A stretch of DNA of 64,000 nt from a virus. The position numbers were made by a program, and so were the translations under genes. The stretch covers positions 1,859-65,858 of IMG/VR virus record IMGVR_UViG_3300048080_000202; one strand, 5' to 3'. Below, one piece after another: positions 36,635-44,004 of the stretch (position 1 is its first letter; each line of letters opens with the position of its first letter). The notes beneath the pieces are model-generated. The model did no database searches. It was not told the origin of the DNA and worked only from the letters and a program-made list of their open reading frames with translations.

Positions 36635-37519
36635 ATGTGTGGAATCTTTTGTCTCGCCCCCCAAAACGCTCGAACAATCACTATGGCCCCATACCTAGCG
36701 TGGGAGATTGAAGGTCGTGGAAAGGATAGTTGGGGAGCGACAAATGGAGTGCATATTCATAGAGAATTGGGACCAATCACAGATAGTTTCAAATTCTTTT
36801 CACAATGGGACAATGCTTTGTATCATACTCGGCAAGCATCCACGGGGGCGGTAGTGTTGGAAAATTCTCACCCATTTTATGCGAAGGGAGATAAGGGGCG
36901 GGTTGTAGGGGTACATAACGGAGTCGTATCAAATCATGTCGAATTGAACAAAGATAATCACCGATCTTGCAGTGTGGATTCTCAACACATTTTCATGCAT
37001 CTTGCAGAAGGGAGGGATCTTGGGGAGTTGAGTGCTTGGGGAGTAGCAGTTTGGTTCATAAATAATCAAGAGGATGTTCATTTTATCAAGTTCAGTTCTA
37101 CAGCAGACTGGTATGTTGGGGAGTTAACATGCCATCCTGGGGAATTTGTGATGTGTTCATATAAGGAACCTCTTAGACGTGCGGCAAAAATGAATGGATT
37201 AGGAGAAGTGGAGTATTACAAGATTAACCCGGGTTATGAATATATTATTCGAAACGGGAAGATTTTGCAGGGGCAGGAGATTTATAAATACCGACCCCCA
37301 GTAATGGTTGCACACAATAATGACAGCGCTTTCGGTCATGTTTATACTGGGGTTCATAATAGTTCTTGGGAGACATGCACAAACTGCCAAAATCACTATA
37401 TTGATGCTACCAAGGATCTTGTGTGTTCTGACTGCTTCAATGCTCTCACCAATGTAAATGGAGATATTCCTCCCACAGTTTGGAGAAAAAATGGGCCGAC
37501 CCAAGAAGTCAGAGTATAA
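36635..37519 (+). CDS. Class II glutamine amidotransferase
   Basis: N-terminal 'MCGIF', 'RGKDSWG', 'HTRQAS.G...ENSHPF', 'HNGVV' and 'VDSQ'. Confidence 0.9.
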   Translation: MCGIFCLAPQNARTITMAPYLAWEIEGRGKDSWGATNGVHIHRELGPITDSFKFFSQWDNALYHTRQASTGAVVLENSHPFYAKGDKGRVVGVHNGVVSNHVELNKDNHRSCSVDSQHIFMHLAEGRDLGELSAWGVAVWFINNQEDVHFIKFSSTADWYVGELTCHPGEFVMCSYKEPLRRAAKMNGLGEVEYYKINPGYEYIIRNGKILQGQEIYKYRPPVMVAHNNDSAFGHVYTGVHNSSWETCTNCQNHYIDATKDLVCSDCFNALTNVNGDIPPTVWRKNGPTQEVRV

Positions 37520-37799
37520 TCCCAAAGATGCAATGCTTGACGAGTTTCGTGAAAGTGCGAAGCTTGCAAAAGTTACTAGAGATCTTATTCGTCAACAAAT
37601 AGATGAGGTAATCACAAGGATTACCCCACAGACTTCTGCGAATGATAGAATGGAAATTATTGAGCAATTAGCGGACATCTATGCAAAACTTAGTCGAGCA
37701 ATGGAAACGACGTGGAAAGGCTTGGTGGCGAAGGATGGTTCCATTACGGAAAAGGACCCTAGCCTCCAAGAATTGCTTGATCTCGCGAAGAGAGGGTGA
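37491..37799 (+). CDS. Hypothetical helical protein
   Basis: SD GGAG before 'MGRPKK...'. Confidence 0.55.
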   Translation: MGRPKKSEYNPKDAMLDEFRESAKLAKVTRDLIRQQIDEVITRITPQTSANDRMEIIEQLADIYAKLSRAMETTWKGLVAKDGSITEKDPSLQELLDLAKRG

Positions 37800-38146
37800 A
37801 ACTATGCCATTCACAATCGTGCATTTGAAATTAAAAGTAAAAGGTAAACCAAAAGATGTCAGCACATTTTTTCAACTTATGAGAAGTTTGGACTGGGATT
37901 TTCCTATAGGTACAGGAAAACTGCCAGAAACAGGAAAATGTTATACGCAATGTGATTGTGGAGGATTTGTGTGGAAAGGAGCAGCGCTTACTAAAGAAGA
38001 GATAATGCGTGGGGCAAAGCAATGTAACGTAACAGTGAAGAAACTTTCGATGATATTAGAAGGTGAATGTCAAAAGAACTATCAAACTTGTGAGAACGTA
38101 CCATTTATTGAAGCCACAGTTACAACGACTAATTAGAGGAACTCAA

Positions 38147-38815
38147 ATGATGATCGATCTTCCAGGAGAATATATTGAGGGATGTGTAGATTATTTGGTA
38201 TATAATGGGTACCTTCCTTTTTTTAAGCCCTTGTCTTCTTGGTGCGTAGCGGGGGGTTTTTTAAGAGGAATGATTACTAATCAAAAGTTTACCGATATTG
38301 ACGTATTCATTAAAGGAGATAAAGAGCATCATACATATAACAAAAATTATCGTCCAATGGTGGATATGATTGAAGTAGTTGAATCTACCCCATTGGAAAG
38401 AGTTAAGAAATTTGACTTTACGTGTTGCATGGCGGCTATTGGACGGGGAAAGGATGGAAAATGGTGGGGAAAGTGCCATGAGAAATTTGTGGAGCATTGT
38501 AAAGATCGTAAGCTTGTATTAAATGAAGATTGGAATGGATTCTCAAACTGGGCGAGGATTGGTAAGTTTTTAGAACAGGGATGGAACATATCTGACACAA
38601 ACTTGGGAAGAATAACGAGAAAGTTGATGTTGGGAAACGGGACGACAGAGCAAGGAATTGATCCACAAATGGAGCCGGAGCCGCCAGATGTTATGGAAGC
38701 CGTGGAGCCACTACTGAGGAGCCCTAGGCATCTCGCAACGAGTTTTTTGAATACGGATAATTCACCGCCCGGAGCAGCCAACCCCATGCCGTGGCCGTAT
38801 TCATCACTAAGATAG
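38147..38815 (+). CDS. Nucleotidyltransferase (CCA-adding/poly(A) polymerase head-like)
   Basis: 'VAGGFLR...TDIDVF' and 'FDFTCCMAAI' signature motifs. Confidence 0.8.
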   Translation: MMIDLPGEYIEGCVDYLVYNGYLPFFKPLSSWCVAGGFLRGMITNQKFTDIDVFIKGDKEHHTYNKNYRPMVDMIEVVESTPLERVKKFDFTCCMAAIGRGKDGKWWGKCHEKFVEHCKDRKLVLNEDWNGFSNWARIGKFLEQGWNISDTNLGRITRKLMLGNGTTEQGIDPQMEPEPPDVMEAVEPLLRSPRHLATSFLNTDNSPPGAANPMPWPYSSLR

Positions 38816-38816
38816 T

Positions 38817-39872
38817 ATGTTATACATCGACTACAGTGCGAAGCGACTTTTTGAATTCTGCCCATGGGCATGGTTTGAGAGGTATGTGAATAAAAGGAAG
38901 GCCCGGGAACGTGAGGGTCAGAGGAATGATCCACTGACGTTGGGGAGTCTTGTTCATAAGGGGTTAGAGGCGTGGTATAAAAATGGAAACATTGATACAG
39001 AAATGGCACAAAGCGTATCCGAGCTTAACCCAACACCAGAATGCCTTGCGGAAGCGTCTACACTTGTCTCCAATTACATCTCCACATATCCCCAAGAACT
39101 CTGGACGCCGCGACTTTTTGAACACCCGCTTCACCGTACTTTATTCAATGAGTGCGAACTCGTTGCTAAAATTGATGGAAGCTTCTCTCTTGAAGAACAA
39201 ATAAGGATTCCCGGAGGTTGGCAAGGTGAAGGCATTGAGCTTGAATCTGGAATGTATGGCCTTGAGCACAAAACCAAGTCTGCCAATATTGACAAAGGGC
39301 TATATGTAAAATCTTGGCAGACAAACCTCCAGGCAGCTTTTCAACTTCTTGCTCTGCGAGAGCACTTCGAGAATGTCCGAGGCATCCTTGTTAATGTGCT
39401 GGAGAAGCCGCGGCCGTATGTGCCGAAATGTGTGTGTAAAAATTGCAAAAATTTGCTCGAACGAGCAACTTATGTCGCGACCGCCAGTGGCCACATGTGC
39501 CCGATTTGTGGGGCGGAACAGGTGTTGAGTGCCCTAAAAGGCCCGAGGGTGGAGAGGAAGTATGAATGTTGGAGGTTTTTGGTAACGAGAGAGGAGGGAC
39601 AGCTTGCAGGAAGTTTGGATGAGATTATTCAGACTTCTAAGGATATAGAAGCAATGTTGGATCATGGGATGGAAGCTCGTCCCCCCAACCGTGAGAACTG
39701 TGTTACCCCTCGGCAGAATAAAACTTGTGAATATTTCACGCCACACTTATACAACACAGGGACCGCAGGCACAGAGTTTCAGGATCAAGAGGATTATGTT
39801 GGTGGGGGGATGTTCGGATTTGTCCCCGCCCAGAATCTTCTTGACACCAGAGTGAGGAGTGTGGTAGAATGA
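38817..39872 (+). CDS. PD-(D/E)XK exonuclease (Cas4/RecB-like)
   Basis: 'CPWAWFERY', 'LGSLVH', 'AKIDG...LEHKTKS' and a C-terminal Cys cluster. Confidence 0.85.
   Translation: MLYIDYSAKRLFEFCPWAWFERYVNKRKAREREGQRNDPLTLGSLVHKGLEAWYKNGNIDTEMAQSVSELNPTPECLAEASTLVSNYISTYPQELWTPRLFEHPLHRTLFNECELVAKIDGSFSLEEQIRIPGGWQGEGIELESGMYGLEHKTKSANIDKGLYVKSWQTNLQAAFQLLALREHFENVRGILVNVLEKPRPYVPKCVCKNCKNLLERATYVATASGHMCPICGAEQVLSALKGPRVERKYECWRFLVTREEGQLAGSLDEIIQTSKDIEAMLDHGMEARPPNRENCVTPRQNKTCEYFTPHLYNTGTAGTEFQDQEDYVGGGMFGFVPAQNLLDTRVRSVVE
39841..39870 (+). promoter_or_regulatory. Sigma70-type promoter TTGACA-N18-TAGAAT within the end of the nuclease gene
   Basis: Hexamers with extended TG, upstream of SD GGAGG and TTG at 39901. 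Confidence 0.7.
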
Positions 39873-39900
39873 CAGTTCAAGACCTAAATTTGGAGGCACT

Positions 39901-40746
39901 TTGCCAGACATCGCAGGAATAAAGATTCATAACACAAGGGATTTATTCAATGAAGCAACGAAGATATGCGCGTTGGTGTACTCTGCTCCGGGGGTGGGTA
40001 AGACAACCTTTGCGGCGACGCTGGATAAACTCACACGTCGCCTTTACAACAAACCAACTCTCTTTGTTGCCATCGAGGCAGGGGAGGGGGGAGGTACTGC
40101 CAGTATACAAGATGCCGGTATCGATTACGTGGTGCCAGAGGATCGTGGGGAGTTGGACAAACTTCTTGCAACTCTGCAATCAGACACTCACTATGCTGGG
40201 GTTGTGTTCGACTCAGCCACCGAAGGTGTGAAACGATACATCCAACCCTTCGCCTTGTCGATGGAGAATGTAAAGGAGAAATCCCCGTTGCGTACCCTTG
40301 GGGTCCCCGGACGCTCCGATTACCAAACCATGGGTGAGATGATGCGGAGTGCGAGTCAGAGATTGATCAATCTCACTACGAAGAATAAAAGAGATGGCTC
40401 CCCAGACCTCGATATCCGCAAGCATGTGATCATGACCGCGCTTCAGAGGGTTAAGACAGAGAATGATGAGATTGTGGCGATTGGGCCAGACCTTCCTGGA
40501 GCTATGATGATCACATCCACCGCAATGTTTCAACAGGTGTTTGCGTTGAAGATTAAGCAGATGGTGGAGAGAGACGCGAATGATCCAAAGAAAGCAGTGA
40601 GGATCACGAAGAGAGTGGTGATGACAGAGGGGGATGGGTTGATGATTCTTAAAGATCGGTTCAATGTTTTTCCAAAAGAGTTTGAACCGGACTTGGATAA
40701 GGCGTGGGATCAGTATTGGGTTCCTAAACTTCAGGGGGCGAGATGA
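39901..40746 (+). CDS. AAA_24/Sak4-like recombination ATPase
   Basis: Walker A 'YSAPGVGKTT' and 'VVFDSAT'; follows the exonuclease gene. Confidence 0.8.
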   Translation: MPDIAGIKIHNTRDLFNEATKICALVYSAPGVGKTTFAATLDKLTRRLYNKPTLFVAIEAGEGGGTASIQDAGIDYVVPEDRGELDKLLATLQSDTHYAGVVFDSATEGVKRYIQPFALSMENVKEKSPLRTLGVPGRSDYQTMGEMMRSASQRLINLTTKNKRDGSPDLDIRKHVIMTALQRVKTENDEIVAIGPDLPGAMMITSTAMFQQVFALKIKQMVERDANDPKKAVRITKRVVMTEGDGLMILKDRFNVFPKEFEPDLDKAWDQYWVPKLQGAR

Positions 40747-41267
40747 AACACAGTAGTTATGAGTGTGATAGATGTCATAAAACACACCTAACCCAGACAT
40801 ATTTTATCTCAATGCATAATACAACATTTGCACTAAGCCGATATGATCTTTGTGAAGAGTGTTTTAAGTTTATCAAAACTTGGATACTTAGACCATGAAA
40901 CTCGTCCCCTGTTCCTATGTTGGCTGCCGGTATCGTCGTGATAATTGGGAGCAAAAACCTGACGAACAGCCACGAGCCCATCAACAAGTCGAAGTCCCCG
41001 ACAACCACGAAGGCCCCGCATACTGCTCAACCGTGTGTCAGGTGTGTGATAATTTATCATGAGTTATAGTCGGGGAGAATTTTACGTGTATGACGACGGG
41101 GAATATATGAATATTTCAGTCGGCAGATATTCAAAAGCTCATACTATGTATACTCCAAATTTGACAAAGGAAGACTGGGATAAGATTGATCCAGAGTATT
41201 TGAGGATTCCTTTGAGAGTTTTTGATAAAATTGTGTTGGAACGTTTTAAAGATATTGTGGGGACATA

Positions 41268-41591
41268 ATGACTGACATCTTCGATAGAGAATTTCCGTTA
41301 GAGCACATTCTCGGGTGTGTGGGTAAAGGGTGGCATTCTATTGTCACCCGTCTTATTAGTGATTTGAAAGAACTTGGATGGGATGGAAATCTCAATCAAA
41401 TCAAGGAAAAGTTTGGTGGCTTGAGATTCTATATTGGTGCGGGGACAAAGGAGATATATGATAGGATCGCTAAAGCTGGGGATGAATCCTTAAAAACATG
41501 TGAAATGTGCGGGAAGTTAGGGAAGCCAAGAGGAACTTGGTACGTTAAAACACTTTGTGCGAAGTGTTTTCGAAGGGGACAAAAGGGGTAG
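41268..41591 (+). CDS. Conserved phage protein
   Basis: 'GWHSIV...QIKEKFGGLRFY...CEMCG' pattern. Confidence 0.65.
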   Translation: MTDIFDREFPLEHILGCVGKGWHSIVTRLISDLKELGWDGNLNQIKEKFGGLRFYIGAGTKEIYDRIAKAGDESLKTCEMCGKLGKPRGTWYVKTLCAKCFRRGQKG

Positions 41592-41594
41592 GCT

Positions 41595-41996
41595 TTGCAA
41601 AAACTGGATAAACGTTATATTGCTGGATTCTTTGATGGGGAAGGAAGCATTGGAATATATCGTAATAAAGGTTCCAAGGACGACCGTTATTTATCTGGCT
41701 ACAGAAGACCTTGTTGGGTTCGTGTTGTTACTATAAATGTTGCTTATAAATCAACTTTAAGCTTGATTCACAAGCAATTTGGAGGTTCATTTAGATTATT
41801 ATACGGTAGAGATAAAAGATGGAAGCCAATCTGGTCTTGGAGTATTGGGTCAAAAGAAGGTATCAAAAGATTTTTAACCTTTATACTATCCTACATAAGA
41901 GAAAAGAAGAAACAAGCTAAAGTAATGATAAGAGTTTGTAATAACAAGTTGAATGATGAAATTGCAGCAAAGCTGTTAAAAGAGTTAAAAAAATGA
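41595..41996 (+). CDS. LAGLIDADG homing endonuclease (single motif)
   Basis: 'YIAGFFDGEGSIGI'; AT-rich and free-standing. Confidence 0.9.
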   Translation: MQKLDKRYIAGFFDGEGSIGIYRNKGSKDDRYLSGYRRPCWVRVVTINVAYKSTLSLIHKQFGGSFRLLYGRDKRWKPIWSWSIGSKEGIKRFLTFILSYIREKKKQAKVMIRVCNNKLNDEIAAKLLKELKK

Positions 41997-42943
41997 TAAG
42001 CTCATACCCAAAAGTGTGGAATCTCGGTCACCGAGCAATCCGGGATCTATTCACCGCCCCGTGTGTAGTCGAAGAAAAAGTTGATGGCTCTCAAATCAGC
42101 TTTGGAATGATTGATGGTGAGCTTCATATCCGCAGTAGGGGTGCCACGATCAATCCCGACGCCCCAGATAATATGTTTAGTCTTGGGGTAACAGAGATCA
42201 AGAAACTTGCACCAATGTTGCATCCGGGGTGGATATATCGAGGGGAGTATCTGAGAAAACCAAAACACAACACCCTCACATATTCTCGAAACCCAAATAA
42301 ATATATCATTATTTTTGATATCCAAACTGGAGAAGAAACATATCTTGATGCGACCGATCGCCGAAACGAATGCTCAAGTGTGGGGTTAGAGGTCGTACCA
42401 ATTCTTGGAATGTTCGGGGGAGGTCTCCTTACAACTGATATATTGAAGGGTTTGTTAGAGCAAGAGAGTTTCTTGGGGGGCGTAAAGATCGAAGGTGTGG
42501 TCGTAAAACCCGTTGATTATAATCTCTTTGGTGAAGACAAGAAAGTTTTGATGGGGAAGTATGTCTCGGAAGCATTCAAGGAAAAGCATTCGAATGAGTG
42601 GAAAAATAGTAATCCAAGCAATGGGGACATTCTCCTCAACCTTGGTGAAACGTATCGAACAGTACCAAGATGGGAAAAAGCTGTGCAACATTTGCGGGAT
42701 GCTGGGACGTTGGAAAACTCTCCACGAGACATCGGGTCTATTATTCTTTCGGTAAAGAAAGATGTGCAGGAAGAGTGCGAAGACGAAATCAAAGATGCCT
42801 TATGGCGTTGGGCATGGCCACACATTCAAAGGAAGATTGTGGCAGGGGTGGCCGAGTGGTACAAAGAACGTTTATTAGAACAACAATTTGCGCAGGACGG
42901 GGTTCGAGACCCCGCACTGGCAGATGCCGGTGATGGTGTATAA
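41993..42943 (+). CDS. ATP-dependent RNA ligase (Rnl2-like family)
   Basis: Motif I 'EEKVDGS', III 'YRGEY', IIIa 'IFDI', IV 'EGVVVK' and V 'MGKYV'. Confidence 0.8.
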   Translation: MISSYPKVWNLGHRAIRDLFTAPCVVEEKVDGSQISFGMIDGELHIRSRGATINPDAPDNMFSLGVTEIKKLAPMLHPGWIYRGEYLRKPKHNTLTYSRNPNKYIIIFDIQTGEETYLDATDRRNECSSVGLEVVPILGMFGGGLLTTDILKGLLEQESFLGGVKIEGVVVKPVDYNLFGEDKKVLMGKYVSEAFKEKHSNEWKNSNPSNGDILLNLGETYRTVPRWEKAVQHLRDAGTLENSPRDIGSIILSVKKDVQEECEDEIKDALWRWAWPHIQRKIVAGVAEWYKERLLEQQFAQDGVRDPALADAGDGV

Positions 42944-42959
42944 CTGGGAGCACGGCGCG
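42889..42959 (+). ncRNA. Circularly permuted tRNA-like element (T-arm, acceptor hairpin, D-arm; YrlA-type topology)
   Basis: CGGGG-TTCGAGA-CCCCG T-arm, CACTGGC-AGAT-GCCGGTG acceptor hairpin, GTGT-ATAACTGGGA-GCAC D-arm, closed by TGCGC/GCGCG. Confidence 0.7.
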
Positions 42960-42965
42960 ACGACC

Positions 42966-43040
42966 GTGACCGTAGCTTAATGGTAAAACGATAGTTTGTG
43001 GGACTATTATATGAGGATTCAAATTCCTTCGGTCACCCCA
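42966..43040 (+). tRNA. tRNA-His(GTG), atypical
   Basis: GTGACCG/CGGTCAC acceptor, C73, encoded CCA, and ATAGT-TTGTGGG-ACTAT anticodon arm. Confidence 0.8.
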
Positions 43041-43101
43041 TATTTGTAGTACTATTTTGGTTCGCGAACACCAAATAATTCGCAAATAAGGAGGAAGTAA
43101 A

Positions 43102-43566
43102 TTGGCTGATTCATTTGATTATGTACACTTGGGAGACATTGATCTCTCCTATAAACCCATTCCTGCGGCGGTGTATACCCTTCAGGTGGTAAAGGGAGAG
43201 ACTAAGGAATTCCAATACAAGAAAGGAGAACGTGCAGGGACTTCTGGAAGTATGCTGAAGTTCCAGTTTGCAGTGACGGACCACGCGGAGTATTCGGGGC
43301 GTCGGCTGTTTGCAGCGTTCTTCCCGAATGACTTTGATTTGAGGAATCTCCGTCGTCTCCAAGACGCCACGGGGGTGGTTCAAGAGCAAGGGGAACCCCT
43401 CACCGAGTGGGCGGTTCGTCTTGCAGAAATCAAACCCACATTCAAAATCCCGGTGCTTCTCACAAACGCGAAGGATTTCTCGCAGAAGGGGAAGGATCGG
43501 TTAGATGAAACTGGGAATCCTATTCCCGAGAACACACTGAATTGGAAGGAGGTTTCACCGGCGTAG
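43102..43566 (+). CDS. Single-stranded DNA-binding protein (DUF669-like)
   Basis: 'PIPAAVY.LQV...MLKFQF.V...YSGRRLF' OB-fold pattern in the recombination/replication cluster. Confidence 0.65.
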   Translation: MADSFDYVHLGDIDLSYKPIPAAVYTLQVVKGETKEFQYKKGERAGTSGSMLKFQFAVTDHAEYSGRRLFAAFFPNDFDLRNLRRLQDATGVVQEQGEPLTEWAVRLAEIKPTFKIPVLLTNAKDFSQKGKDRLDETGNPIPENTLNWKEVSPA

Positions 43567-43678
43567 GATTGGGCAAGGTCGAAGGGAAACCTTCATTGTA
43601 GTTGGCCTAAACCCAACGGTGGCGGGGATTCCAGGCACCCTCAAGGCCCCCTTAATGCCAAAAAGCCACCGACTTTTT

Positions 43679-43755
43679 GGGGTTGTCGCCAATTGGAAGG
43701 CCGGGTGGGGTAACTCCTACTCCATATGAAGGTTCGAATCCTTCCAACCCCACCA
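43679..43755 (+). tRNA. tRNA-like RNA with non-canonical anticodon arm (no readable anticodon)
   Basis: GGGGTTG/CAACCCC acceptor plus ACCA, D-arm GCC-AATTGGAA-GGC and T-arm GAAGG-TTCGAAT-CCTTC. The anticodon arm is an 8-bp stem with a TAAC loop. Confidence 0.7.
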
Positions 43756-43777
43756 ATCACTCTACCAAGGATACATT

Positions 43778-43924
43778 ATGTTATGTGCATGGTGCAAGGC
43801 TCGAATAACGGTTGATGAAGAAGAATACTTCAATGACAAGAAATATTGTTCAAGTCATTGTGTGAATATGGCTGCTGGAGAGCAGCGGTTGAAGGATCGT
43901 TATGAGGAGAAGGATGACGAGTGA
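43778..43924 (+). CDS. 48-aa TRASH/FCS-type zinc-finger protein
   Basis: Manual translation MLCAWCKARI...KKYCSSHC. Confidence 0.55.
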   Translation: MLCAWCKARITVDEEEYFNDKKYCSSHCVNMAAGEQRLKDRYEEKDDE

Positions 43925-44004
43925 CCCAGGAGCAATTTCACTTTCAATCATAGGGATGGTGATACTTTATATTATCTTAATGAATAATAACGACAAGGGG
44001 ATGC

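Noticed and set aside
37491-37799. Terminase small subunit
   Set aside because: Only the 'MGRPKK' start is suggestive; the gene is in the early arm, far from terL, with no clear HTH.
38817-39872. Cas4 as part of a CRISPR system
   Set aside because: It sits with a Sak4-like ATPase and an SSB in a recombination module; there is no cas1/cas2 or array.
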